This document shows, one piece after another, positions 36,561 to 49,746 of a stretch of 64,000 nucleotides of DNA; position 1 is the first letter of the stretch; each line of letters starts with the position of its first letter. The position numbers were made by a program, and so were the translations under genes. Source of the DNA: Callorhinchus milii (Eukaryota); NCBI RefSeq assembly GCF_018977255.1, contig NW_024704742.1, positions 132,124,001 to 132,188,000 of the forward strand. Direction: 5' to 3'. The notes beneath the pieces were generated by a model, which made no database searches, had not been told where the DNA came from, and was given only the letters and a program-made list of their open reading frames with translations.

Positions 36561-37647
36561 ATTATAAGTATTGTGACCGTGCATCATCCTCCTTAACACT
36601 AAATCTTGTAAAGTACTTTGAGACGTCCTCCCTACATAAAAGGTGCCATATCAAATTAAGGATGATTATGCCTTAAAACAGCAGAAATCTGTGGTAACAA
36701 TTTTCTGCAAAACTTTGCCCCCATCAATCCCAAAGTAACTGGACATTTGTCTTCAATACAGTTCCCTTGCAATTATCCCCTTGATTATACATCACCTAAA
36801 ATATAAAAAAAATCCATGCATTTGGCATAGCGCTTTATCACGCAATTGACGCTTCTCAAAGCGCTTCACAGAATATACTGCAAAGTGAATTGACTGTATA
36901 TTGCCTATTAAAAACACTAGTTCTCTTAAATATCCTGACAGATAGAGTGAAAGGCACGATAGTGGAGAGAAGAATAGAACCATAGAAGCTTACAGCACAG
37001 AAGGCCATTTAACCCATTGTGTCTGCACTGGTTCCCTCAATAGCAATCCTTTCAGTCTGGTTTGAGTTGTGTTTTCCCATTCAGAGTGCTGGTCAGTCAT
37101 TTTCCCCTGTTAAACTGACATGGCACAGCGTTAGTTTACTTTACCTATTGCCACTCTGTCAGCTCCTTCCAAAACAAGCTGAGTAAAATCTTAACACTAG
37201 TGCCTTTTAACTAGAGTGAAAGCTGAATAATTATCCCGTCGGTAATACATTCAGTAAGCAGACATTTCGTCAATACCAAAGTGAATTTACCAAATGATTA
37301 TTCAAATAATAGGAAAGAAAGCAGAAGTTCAATTTAAATATCAATACCTGTTAACATCTTTCGGTCTTTTTACATATTAAAAAAACCCTATTCCGATGAG
37401 GCTTTCCTTACAAGTTTCCTTTAATTCCTAGGATACAGTTTTTGATACCAGAGAACCAATTTATAGCACAGAATAAGGTCGTATGACCTATTGTGTCTGC
37501 GCTGGCTCTTTTAAAGAGCAATCATTTCAGTCCCATTTAGCTGCTCCTTTGCCTCCATATCCTTATAGTTTCTCAATCAACAACAACAACAACAACAACA
37601 AGATTCCATTTATAGAGCGCCTTTCACGTCAGGAGGACGTCCCAATC

Positions 37648-37922
37648 CTTAAGATGAGGTGTTAAATAAAGACTCCGTCTGTATGTTCAGGTGGGCACTA
37701 AAGATACACTATTCACAAAGGGAAGGGAGCTTCTCTTCTTGTCCTGGCCAACAATCCCCCAAATAAAATTGGTCATTCATGGCTGTTTTTACACAAATTG
37801 GCTGCCACATTCGGCCACAAAACACAGTCACTCCACTTCACAATAAAACTTGTGAAGCGCTTTTGGACGCCCTCTTGACATGAAAGGCACAATACCACAT
37901 GCAAAGATTATTTATTATTATT
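37648..37922 (+). mobile_element. SINE family B, 5'-truncated, abutting a young L2 tail (-, 37578-37645)
   Basis: Deu core and tail; (AAC)n GATTCCATTTATAGAGCGCC. Confidence 0.82.
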
Positions 37923-38215
37923 AAAGTATTGCTTTTTAGATATTTATCTAGTTTCCTTTTGAAAGCTAATATGTATTCTGTCTCAACCATTGCTCCTGGC
38001 ATGTCATTCTATACCCAAACCACTCTGAGTATGAAAAAAATTCTCCAAACCGCCCCATTTGTTTCTATGCTAACTATCTTAAATTGGAACAGAGTGATAT
38101 ATTTTTTGGTTAGCTGGGTGTCTGAACCATGTGGTAACCCATCATCACCATGCTGATGAGTGTCCATAATAGACCCAGAGTTCCTTATGGGTACGCCAAC
38201 TACACATGGAAATTT

Positions 38216-38585
38216 CACTGAATGGGAAATTTGGCTGAGTCAAAAGGTCACCTCAACACTTTGCATCAAGTGATAAAGGGGTGGAAATCCAGTGAACAGT
38301 TAAAAAGAATCCATGTAGTGCTTTTGTTCAAAAAGACTGACCTGTTTGATTATTCAATTTATTTTACAATTGAATTTAATTGAGGTTTAAATGACTTAAC
38401 CAGTCTCGTACTTCTCTTTCTCCGATCTGATCATGTTCCTTGATATTATAATCTGATCTTCGAACTGTTAGACTCTTTGACTGAGCTGCCCGTCACCTCT
38501 GAACAAAAAACACCACTTCATCACTTGACATGAATTGCTCGAGGTGCCTTTTTGACCCTGTTCAGTTGCAATTCCCATCTCAGTG
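38216..38585. mobile_element. MITE-like element with long imperfect terminal inverted repeats
   Basis: CACTGAATGGGAA...GTCAAAAGGTCACCTC...TCAAGTGATAAAGGGGTG versus the reverse complement of the right end, CACTGAGATGGGAA...GTCAAAAAGGCACCTC...TCAAGTGATGAAGTGGTG. Confidence 0.75.
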
Positions 38586-39624
38586 CGTTTCTATCAAATA
38601 CCTGTGGAAAAATTATGTGAAAGAGGTCGGGAGAAGTGCAGGGGTATGGGATCAGGGCAGACAGCCGCCAACAGGGAGCTAGCACTAGCAAACAGACAAT
38701 CAGTCAGTTGATCAATTCTGTGATGCAAATTCTAACAATCCTTTACATTTGCTTCACAATGTACATTTATACAGCGCTTTTCACGTCGGGAGGACATCTT
38801 AAAGCGCTTCACATTGCCGAATGGGCACCCGAGTTGGAGCTGGGAGATGAGGGAGATAAGGAGTCACTACTCTTTACAGCAAAATCCTGCGAAGTGCTTT
38901 GAGATGTCTAGATAACATGATAAGGTGCTATATCAAATGCAAGGATTGTTATTAATAATGATCCTTGCATTTCATATAGCACCTTATCAGGAAGTCGTCA
39001 AGAAGTCTCAAAGCGTTTCACAGAATACATTGTAAAGTGAATTGACTGTATATTATTATTATAAGTGAAAATTAAGGTCTTGTTGGAATAACCACTTCAA
39101 ATTGGCATTAATAATTAAGGAAATATAATTTGCATCTTTATGAATCTTGGAAAGCACAATTGTTCTGCTGTGGAAGCTAGAATATTTGTGATGTGTGCCA
39201 GCAGGTTAATTTTCCAAAGCAGATCACATTGATCACTAAATGATATTCTCTATCCTTAAAAACACATACATTCCAGCCCATCAAAACACAATGGGTCAGA
39301 CACCATTGGTTCAGTTTTACAGAAAATCATATTCTAATAGATCATGGATAACGAGTCTTCTGTGTTGCATACGCCGTAGCTTTGAAAAGCAAACCTTTTG
39401 CATCTCGCATTTATTAGTGGTTTCAACAGTCCTGTTAAGAGCAGAGTAATAATAGTGGAGAAAATATCCTGATCATTTCGTGGGACTCAGGTTTTGTGCT
39501 CCGACACAGCCAAGGCTACTCGCAAGATCCACATATTTATTTTGTAAGATCGCAATGATCATGCTGTTAAATGCACAAAATGCGTTTCCCAGTGGTCTGT
39601 TGGGTAATTGCCATCTGCCTGGTT

Positions 39625-39680
39625 TGTGTGTGTGTGTGTGTATGAGTGTGTATGTATGTGTGTGCGTGTCTGTGTGTGGT
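39625..39680. repeat. Imperfect (TG)n microsatellite
   Basis: Direct reading. Confidence 0.9.
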
Positions 39681-39814
39681 GGGGGGGTAGTAGGGGGGAA
39701 AGGAGATTTTAACTGTTGATCAAAGCACACAGTCCAAAGTGTTTGGGAAGCATTTATTTTGGTCAGCCGGATGTCTGACACATGCAGAACCCCCCTGCAA
39801 CACTTAAAAGTATC

Positions 39815-40330
39815 AACAACAAAAAAAATTACATGTATAGAGCGCCTTTCACATCGGGAGGACATCCCAAAGCGCTGAACAGTCAGATGTCTGGGCCCGA
39901 GCACGGGGGTGGGGGTGGTGTAGGGGTGAGGGAAGGCAGAGAAGTGGAGGGCGGGTCAGGCGGGAGACATAGAGCAGGCTGGAGCCTGATGAATGGAGGG
40001 AGCAGGCAGGTTGGTAGGGAGTCAGCAGGTCAGAGAGGTAGGACGGCGAAAGACCATGGATGGTCTTAAAGGTGAGGACGAGGATCTTGAATTCGGTCCT
40101 CTGGGGGATGGGGAGCCAGTGGAGTCGGGCGAGGGTGGGAGTGATGGGGTCACAGAGCCTGGTGCGTGAGAGTACACGAGCTGCAGAGTTTGGATGATCT
40201 GCAGCTTGTGAAGGGAAGAGTTGGGAAGGCTGATGAGGAGGGAGTTCCGGTAATTAAGCCTTGAGATAACGAATGTGTAGGTGAGAGTTTCGGCAGCCTG
40301 AGGGGTGAGGCAGTGGCGGAGTTGGCAATG
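39815..40330 (-). mobile_element. L2 3' fragment inserted into a family C copy (39755-39814 and 40338-40390)
   Basis: TPQAAETL..TFVISRLNY; flanks join as TTAAAAGTATC/AAACCAAACTGAGAGTTCC, as in other C copies. Confidence 0.85.
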
Positions 40331-41159
40331 TTGCAGAGAAACCAAACTGAGAGTTCCATTTATCCCGCCTGCGCATGGAAATTCTCATCTCGGAGTGACC
40401 AGTCTACCCCTCCAGGACCTACCGATGAGCCAGGCAGGCTGGTCTGTCATTGGCAATGTCTTTTTACCAAACGGTTTTAGAGATCAGGGAGAAGAAGGAG
40501 GGAAGCAAAGAAATTTTGCTTGATTCCTTCTAAAAACACAGATATAGCAACTGAAGCCCAGCCACCAATGGTGGGATAAAGAGAGTGAGGGAGGAGCAGC
40601 AGATCAAAGTTGAAGGTCACATGTGGGAGAACATAGAGAAAGCAAATTGCAGATAGGGAGTGGACACCATAAGCACAGGAGCCAATTTGCACACAGCAAC
40701 GTCCCACAAACAGCCGTGAAGTGAATGGCTAATTTTATCTGGGGATTGTTGGCCAGGACCAACGATATATAACAGCAGTTTTCTTCCCACTCTCTACCCC
40801 CATTCCCCCCTCCCACCAGCCTTCCCTGCTCACACACACACACAGCCAAATTAATTAAATACTTAATTTTAACCCAATTAACTCACCTCTGCCATTATGA
40901 AAATAATTCACGTAACGGGCATCTGTAAAATAAAACCACACTCATTTATTAATTAATTTATAAATAATCTAATGAAGCCTTCGTAATGAGAACACTCAGG
41001 TTAATTACAAATTTAAAACGTATTCATAAATCATAATTTTCATTAGATATGCGCTAAACGCTGTAATCGGATAGCAGAATTAGTTACAGTAAGATTACAA
41101 TACTTATTAAAAAGAGGACACAGGAGATTCATTCATATTTCACAGCGCAAATCACCTAA

Positions 41160-41430
41160 TAATAATAATATTTCCATGTAATGTAGCACCTTTGACATTG
41201 GAAGGCCATCTGAAAGCATTTCATAGGATTTATTGGAAAGTGTATTGATTGTGTACTTTACAGCCAACTTGTGCACAAATTTTAACACTAAATATTAAAT
41301 GTCTCACAAACTGCAAGGAAGTGAATGACCAATTTTTATCTGGGGCATTGTTGGCCTGTGTCACAGGATCTTAAAATCCTCTGAACAGGCAGACCGGATC
41401 TCAAATTAATGTCTCATCCGAAGGACGATG
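41160..41430 (-). mobile_element. SINE family B, degenerate
   Basis: Tail and Deu core. Confidence 0.75.
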
Positions 41431-41881
41431 GAAATGAACACTTTCCAGCAAGGACCATTGGATAATGATTTTCCCTTCTGTTCAGGGTCATTGAAGCTTA
41501 TTGTAGCCTCCCTACTCCTACCCCTGGCTGAAAGGATGTCGGACTCCTTTAAAAAAAGCAGCATGACCCTGTGATGGGAGGATGATCGGGTGGGTATCCT
41601 GGAGATATGCGCTAAACGCTGTAATCGGAGATTACAGATCAGATGAGCTGAAGGGCCTTCTTCATCAGAACCATTCTTGTGATCTTGAGAATTCAAAATT
41701 GCCCAGGAGGATCAAACTTGGAATTTTCCAAGTCTATATTGCTTGATTCCACACTGAACCGTCTCTTTACTGAGGCATTGGGGAAACATATTTAGACATG
41801 TTTGATGCGGTGCAAAATATGGAGATGCAAAGGTATTACAAAGAATGCACAGCATTATACTTAATGTGAGTACTCACCCAT

Positions 41882-42060
41882 TCCTTACACCCTCCCATAT
41901 CCTTCTATTCCTCTCTCCCTCATGTGAAGGTCTAGCTTCCTCTTGAATGCATTTATACAAAATGATTCAACCATCACTTCAGGCAGCGAATTCCACAATC
42001 TCACTCCCCTTTGTGTGACATAATTCCTCCTAAAATATAACTTTTCATTGCTAGTATTCT
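41882..42060 (-). mobile_element. CR1 3' fragment
   Basis: RRNYVTQRGVRLWNSLPEVMVES...FKRKLD. Confidence 0.85.
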
Positions 42061-42244
42061 TCAATTTCCTACATACAAAATTCAAATCCAAATAATTGTT
42101 AAGAAAATTACTTAGAAATGCTGTTGGCAGTTTAAACCCTCCGAGATTCGTTCCAACGTGAAAGGTGCTTTAGAAATGCAAATTGTTGTTGTTGTTGACC
42201 ATTGCCCACCCTCGTCCCAAATAGAAGTCGAATTCAGGGTGAGT

Positions 42245-42675
42245 TAATGATACTAATCCTTGAATTTGATATAGCTATAGTGCTTCTCGTGTCATCAAAT
42301 TGTCTCAAAGTGCTGCCCATGATTTGACTTTCATTGCAGTGACTGTACTAATCGGTGAATGCTGTCACAAATTTGCAAACAGCACTGTCCGACAAACAAC
42401 CCACAAAAGTGAATGTCTACCTTTACTTGGGGGATTGTTGTCCAGGATCTGGGAGAAATTCCCTTCTCTCTTTGAATAGTGCCTGTTTTTTTTGTTTGAA
42501 CAGGCAGATAGGACTTCAGCTTATCGTCTCACCCGAAAAACACAGCCCTTTTCCTGCATTGCAGTGGAGCATCAGATTAGATTGTGAGCTCAAAGCACCA
42601 TATGGAGCTTGAACCTACAACCTTCTAGCTCAGAGATGAGAGTGCTGATTGAGCCAATTGAGCCAAGCTGTCATC
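42245..42675 (-). mobile_element. SINE family B, degenerate full length
   Basis: Tail, core, head. Confidence 0.78.
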
Positions 42676-43654
42676 AATGATTTCCAAGTTGACCTGCCAA
42701 GCAGCATCCAATATAACTTTTAATGTCAACAATTAATCATAATATCACAAGAGAGGTTTGGATGAAGATGGCACTTTGGCTCATTTATAGATATTCCTTC
42801 GATTTGATGTAACGCCTTTCACGGGAAGGCTTCTCAAAGTGCTTTAAAGAATTTTACTATAAAGTGGAGTGACTGTGTATTTTGTAGGCGACCATGGCAG
42901 CATATTTGTGGACAGCAACACTCCATAAACATCCATGAAGTAAATGATCAGTTTTATTGGGAAATTCTTGAAGATTCGATCTCATACTTCCAGCACACCA
43001 ACCCTACCATCCATCCATTACAGCACAAAGCCATTCCTTAAACGAATATTAGCATTGTGCTCTCTGCCACACTTCTTACTAATGTTCCAGGAGTTGATTA
43101 CTCTCTGAGTTGAGAAATAATTCCCTGTACCTGTCCTAAAATTGCTCTCCATACAATTGCAACTGGGCCCTCCTGAATATTGGCTGCCAATTGCAAAATG
43201 AGAACAAAAGTGCTGTTCAGTTTCTGCATAGCGTATCAGTGCTTGTGGGCACGTAAGGATGTTACAAAGGCAAATAGACGAAAACCATCTCCAGGCTTCA
43301 GAGTTTAGTTGAGCGTTAAAATTCCAGTATCACTTCCTACGTTTTCGTTCTGCTGCTTTCTCTACGATGCCATGTCCGCTCTGCCCTGTTCCAATTTCTC
43401 TTTGCATTCCATATGGTTCTTTTATTTAAATTTCATTAATTCAGCAACAAAAGCAGACTGTCCTCACACCCACCACCAGGAGCCCTGGCCGCCATTCACC
43501 ACGAATCCACACGCCAGCTCTGCCTGTATGTGACGTTAGATGGAGTGTGTAGGGGCCAAGAGTTAAGCTTTTACTAGAATTTTACTGTAACTATGTCCCT
43601 TGTTTCGACAGTTGTTAGTGATCAGGTTAATTTAAGGAAACGTAAAGCAGTATG

Positions 43655-44133
43655 TGGTTCCCCAAACCTTGGCTCTTGCCAACCAGTGCCTAATGCGCTC
43701 CAGAATTAGATAAGCAGGGTGCATCCCTCCAGGGAGAGAGTGTGCATTGCATTCCAAACACAAGGAAATTTTGATGTGCAGGAGGTATACATGTGGAACT
43801 CCCACTGCGGTTTGGATGCTCTTAAGCAAGTGTGTCAGCACTTCGGGACTTGGAACCCGTATAGTCTAAGTTGATACTCCAATGAGATGCTGGCAGCATA
43901 CTGAATTGTCGGTGGTGGCATCTTTTGGATGAGACATTAAACTGGGGTCCCATCTGCCTCTACAAGAGGACATTAAAGATCCCATGGCACTTTTCAAAAA
44001 GAGAAGGGAGTTTTGAGCGCTTTGAGACGTTTCAATGATGCGATAAGAAACTATATAAAATGCAGGGATAATTATTATTTTATAAACATGGTAATGGGTT
44101 TCTACATGTGTCAGATATCAAGCTGACCTAAAT
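43655..44133 (+). mobile_element. Family C copy interrupted by SINE B (~43840-44080)
   Basis: C body to GGATGCTCTTAA; resumes AAACATGGTAATGGGTTTCTACATGTGTCAGATATCAAGCTGACC. Confidence 0.75.
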
Positions 44134-45539
44134 AAATGTCACAGAAGCCAGATAATCCACCGCACTTCTGCTGTGATTTGCCATGATTTGATAGCACTTT
44201 ATATAATGCTCACATGCCTGTTGCAATACACCAAGGCAACAATTAGGAGAAAGGATTTGAATTACAGTGAGACATCCCTGCCAACTATCAGAGTCACAAT
44301 GCGATTTATAACACAATATAATTGACATTTATACAGTGCCTTGAGGACATCTCAAAGCTATTTACATAGCTGGGCACCTGAGCCACAATTGGTGGCAGCG
44401 GGGGGTTAGGGGTGGGGTGTGTGGGTGGTGGGGAAGTGGGTAGTTAAATACCGTGGGGGGCTAGGGGATAACCAAGTTGCTTTTGACTGCCATTTCAATG
44501 GCTATTTTGCGGCGACTTAGTTGACACTTTGCTTTAAAAGGACTGAGATGTTAAAAAAAAGTTGAAAAAGAGGCAGAGATTGTCTTCAATTTTATGGCAG
44601 CAGAAACACAGACATGTTAGCTCAGTTCTAGCGTAGGGAAAGGAAAGAGAAAGAGTAAAGATGTTGAGATGGAGGTAATGAGAATAAGAAACCTGGGGTC
44701 TCTGAGAAGGGACGAACTGGATCACAGATTAGATTAATAATAAAACTGGAAGAGCCAACAGCATAAGTAAGAATAATAATCCTTGCATTTCATATAGTGC
44801 CTTGAATAGAATTAATAATAAAAAAACGAAGAATTCTTGCATATGATATCACGCTTCTCATGACAGTAAGACGTTTCAAAGCCCCTCACAGAATTTACTA
44901 TACAATGCAGTGTGTGTATATTCATAGACAAACTCGGCAGGCAATTTGCGCACTCCAATACAGGCCTGCGTTGGGTGAGGCACACACATATTAAATGAGA
45001 ACAGGCCAGACATGTCAATCAATAATAATAGTAATAATATTTCTTGCTTTTGATATAGCGCCTTATCACTTCTTCAAGGAGTCCGAACGAGCTTTACAGG
45101 ATATACTGCACTGTATATTTTGTGGGTGAAACTCCTTTCAGAGGGATCAGATACCTGTCTGCTCTGAAGAGTGCATTGGAGGTTATAGACTGAAAGAAAT
45201 ACTCCGTGGGATATGATGGTTGTAACCTGGGACCTGATGGGGGTGGGAATGCAACCTATGGAGTGACATTGGGATGAAAGGCATTGTACAAATGTAATTT
45301 TGTTATTGTTGTATGTGAGACTTCAGGAAGGGAGATGAAAGAAATTGATAGATATCCTAACTCTGAGCATTAACATCTCTGGGAGTCAGAAATCATCATT
45401 GCAGAGATTTGCCCCCAGGAGGAAGGGTTAGTGGGATGCAGCCCACAGTGATTGACTTTGGACCGATCAGTGATAAGGAACGAGATTGATGGTGCAAGTG
45501 GCCTTTTATTGTTCCGTTCTTTCCTATGTAAAGGTCACC

Positions 45540-46330
45540 TACCCCTAATGGCAATACAGCACCGTGCACTCATAAAGTGATCCTGCAGTGTGTGTGTATT
45601 CTTCATAACGCCCGGGAGCTAGTGCGGTGTGAGCAGGTATGAATGTATAGGCATTTTACTGCCCTCCCCTCCGAAAGTGACGGGAATTAATCACTGTTCC
45701 ATTGAAACGATGCGCCCTACTATTTAGTATGATGAAGAATGCCAATTCATTAGAAAAAGCAAAAACGCAGCTCCATAACAGGTTGTAGATAAATCAGAAG
45801 TGAAAGGTAAATCACGGTGTGTACGGGAAGGGATGCACGGCAGATACCCATAAATCAAATCCAAAACAGAGCCAGGACTTCGTAATGAAGACATGCAAAT
45901 TTTGTTGACGTGAACATCGCAAATAATTCCAAAAGTAAATTACAGTAACAGGACGCAATAAATTACACTGTGAATGAAACAGCGGAATTTGTGAAGGGTT
46001 TAAAAAAGAATTAGTGGCTGGCAGGAATATTTAGGAATCCAATGGAACGTCATTAATCATCTACAAGTCAGACAGGAGTTTGAGATCCTCGCGCCGAGAT
46101 GAGATGAGATGAGATTCAGTTAGTGGCATCACAGGAAACAGATATGGGTGAACCAATATTTTGTTCGGATTCATAATAACTTTCATAGTGTGTGTGTTCA
46201 ACTCAAAGAACAGTGGAACAAGATCATCGAAATGGCATCTTGCCCAGTCAATTAGCTCCGGGTTTAAAGGTAAAATCACAAGGGTGAAATTTGTGGCATT
46301 TCTTTATCTCTACTATCTCTGCAGGTCTCC
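45540..46330. promoter_or_regulatory. Candidate Pbx-Hox enhancer (CNE-like)
   Basis: Five TGATTWAY motifs on the minus strand (45686, 45789, 45807, 45848, 46051) plus octamer ATGCAAAT at 45893. Confidence 0.45.
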
Positions 46331-46499
46331 CCCTGTGCACATTCGCCCTCCCCTCCGCCATCTCATGCTTGCTTCATGTTGCCCACCCACTCCACTGCCT
46401 CACTGCCAGGCAAGCTCTCAGCCACTTTACCCCAACTCTCTGGAACTCTCTCTTTAAATCCCTTCACCTCGCTCCCTCATTCTCTTCTTTCAAAAACCT

Positions 46500-46838
46500 T
46501 AATAATAATCCTTGCATTTGAAATAGCGCCATATCACATCGTTGAAGTGTCTCAAAGCGCTTCACAGAATATACTGTAAAGTGTATTTTGTGGGTGAAAC
46601 GTGGCAGCCAATTGCACACAGCAGCGTACCAAAAACAGTCGTAGATTTTTTTTGAAGGGATTATTACCTCCGAAAACAATTGGCCAATCGACCAACAACC
46701 AGGTTGCTACCTACTGCAAGGTAAACAGAGATGTGTGGAGTGAGGAGACTTGCCTGAAGTTTTAGCCTGCCAGGGAATCAAACCCAGGTCCTCTCATTTG
46801 CGAGGCAAGCTTGCTAACCACTATGCTACAGGACTCTA
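46500..46838 (-). mobile_element. SINE family A, full length
   Basis: Tail, body, head. Confidence 0.9.
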
Positions 46839-47219
46839 TTCCACCAGCCCTGGCAGAAATGTTACATAGAGTGAATGTTCGACTCATGAATTTTCTCCCC
46901 TGCATGTTTTTCATTTTTTTTCCTTATTTCTTTTCGGCATTGGAATTTCGAGTAAAATTAAATTATTCATTATTTGAGAAAAGGCTTATAAGCTACTATG
47001 CAGAGCTTGGTGACTTTTCAATATTCTTATTCATAGGATTTTAAAAAGCATATATTTAATGCAAATATGAAAATCCATTCCCCGGCTTCATATTTAATGG
47101 AAATAATACGCAATTTATCAGAATCTTTACACGGCTAAATAGCTTTGCAGAAGAATCACCAACTCTATCAGATATTAGAGAAAGATCCATGTAAGTTTCA
47201 AACATCATAAGTATGCTTA

Positions 47220-47480
47220 GGTGCCAGTCTGGCTCCTTTGGGAGCACATTCACCTCCAAGTCAGAAAATTGTGGGTTCAAGAGAAGGGAGTTTCTCCTGG
47301 TGTCTTGGCCAAACAATTCCACAAATAAACTGTTCATTCACTTCATGGTTGTTTGTGGGACATTGCTGTGCGCCAACTGGCTGTTGTGTTTGACTACAAT
47401 TACACAGTTACTTCACTTTACAGTAAATCCCATGAAGCTCTTTGAGATGTCTTGATGACGGGATTAAGCCCTTTATCAAA
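47220..47480 (+). mobile_element. SINE family B with large internal deletion
   Basis: Head joins directly to GAGAAGGGAGTTTCTCCTGG. Confidence 0.78.
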
Positions 47481-47571
47481 CGGCATCATTTTTGTAAAAA
47501 TATCTTTTAAAATATTCATTAATAGTATCTGGCCATCTACCCAGCTCAGTCCAAACCCAATTTAAGCCTCA

Positions 47572-47920
47572 ACAACAACTTGCATTTTTATAGCACTCTT
47601 CATGCGGGCCATAGTCTAGGGGAGCTTAACAGAGGTGGAGGGCAGAGGTGACCATAAGCACGATCGAGGAGGAAAGTCTTCAGTCATGATCTAAAAGAGG
47701 GAAAGGAGGGGCAAGGCAGAGGGATTGAAGGAAAGAGTTCCAAAGCTGAAAGCATGGCCGGTGGTGGTGGAGCGGAGGGGACGAGGGATGAGCAGCGGGT
47801 CAGAGCCAGCCGAGTGGAGACAGCAACTAGTGGAGTTGAGAGAAAGCAGGACAGAAAGGCAGGAAGGTGCCAAGGCATGAAGGAATTTGTAGACGAGTGA
47901 GAGGATCTTGAAATCAATCC
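47572..47920 (-). mobile_element. L2 3' fragment, old
   Basis: RIDFKILSLVYKFLHALAPS and tail. Confidence 0.8.
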
Positions 47921-48679
47921 TTACATTTGGTATAGCGCCTTTCACGTATTCAGATCAAGGCACTGAATCACAATCTCATCAAGCTGCTCTGAAAACACTG
48001 ATGCTGGAATCTGAGTAACTGGGATAATGCCTGATTGACTGGCACTAAGAGGAGAGAGCCATAAAGCAATATAATGGGGTAATTCTTAACGGGTTTCTTT
48101 AATGAGGTTAGCAATCCCATCGGCATGGGGTAGTTCCACTCCATAAACAGATCTCATCAGAGTTGAGTTGCTGTAGATCGGTGAGATGGACATCTGACAA
48201 TCAGAAGGTATTCTAATCAGCACTGCTTTGTCAAGGAATCCTTAAGAAACATCGCAAATTGGACCCCACATCTCCAAGTGGGCTGTGATTGTGATTGCAA
48301 TTTCAACCAGGACAGAGATAAAAGGACGATTAGCATCAGTCATAGTGTCTTAGGAATGCGTATTTCAATGATGAAAAACATTAATAATAATCCTTCCATT
48401 TAATGTAGTGGCTTTAAGTCAATGCAAAGTCCCTCACAGGATTTAATGTAAAGGGTAGTGACTGTTCATTTTGTAAGCGAATGATTTATCCAACTGAGAA
48501 ATTCTGCATTACATCTTTACGAATGACAAAACAGCGCTTGTTATTTATAGTAATTACTCCTGAAAAGCAACTCATCTAAAACAATCGACTGCACGTCAGC
48601 GCAGTGGATGACAGATTTGTTGTTTTTTTAAACAAGTAAACTTGCAAATGTGTTTTATTATAACTCTTGTAGTTAAGTA

Positions 48680-49410
48680 ACAGCCTGGCTCATTTACCTC
48701 TGAGCTACGAAGGTTGTGGGTTCACGTCGGGATTTTGAACTGACTCACTATCGTATAAGCTGACCTTCCAATTCAGTGCCAGGGGTATGCTGCATTGTCA
48801 GATTGTGCCATCATTAATACTGTTCACGTCGATATTGTATCAGCCTGGCTCAGCTGGTAGCACTCTCGTCTCTGAGTTAGAAAGTTGTGGGTTTAAATCG
48901 GTTGAGGCTGCCACTCCCATACAGTGATGGGGGAAAGCTGCATTGTTGAAGGTACAGCTTTTCTAATGAGACATTAAATCAAGTGGACGTCATAGATCCC
49001 ACAGCACTATTCAAAAAAATAAAGGAGCTTTTCCTGGTGTCCTGGCCGACTATCCCACATAGAAAATTTCAAGGCTGTTTGTGAAACATTACTATGTGCA
49101 AACCAGCTGCCAAGTTCGCCTACAAATACAACCTACACTACACTGTGTTATCTTTTGAAACGCTTTGAGACGTCTCAAGGCAATATATCAAATGCAAGGA
49201 TTATTATATTATATCATATTTTCCCCACTTCCAACTTGCATCTCATGTGTGAGATACGTCTCACACATCATGAGGTACATGAAAATACGTTTCGCCCACA
49301 AAATACACAGTCAATCTTCTTTAGAATGTATATTGTGAAGCGCTTTGAGATGTCTCAACAACATGATAAGGTGCTATATCAAATGCAATGATTATTATGA
49401 TTATTATTTT
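48680..49410 (+). mobile_element. SINE cluster: two B copies and an A tail
   Basis: Heads at ~48680 and ~48838; tails at ~49205 and ~49400. Confidence 0.8.
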
Positions 49411-49746
49411 ACTGTATAAACACATTGGGAGAGAAGTATGTTGTCCATGGCTGTTCATTCCTTCTGAAAATTGCAGCCGTCACCTCAGCATCTTCTCAGT
49501 CTTCGCACACAGAAGTTTTCCTGAATCAAGTTAACCACTGGTCATCTGCACCAGCATCAATGCAGAATCAGGATACAAAACAAACTCTGTAGGAATCGGG
49601 GAAAAGAACAAAGCAGCTGTCATTTGGCCCTGAAAAGATGCCTTCAAAGAAATGTACAGAGCAAAGAAGGTTTTGTAGAATTTTTTTGTAGAAACATGTT
49701 CAGACTTGCAACGCAGACCTATTTTTAAATTGCCACACATTGTAAG

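Noticed and set aside
44469..44523. Small hairpin around GCCATTTCAATGGC
   Set aside because: Short interrupted stem, expected by chance in 64 kb
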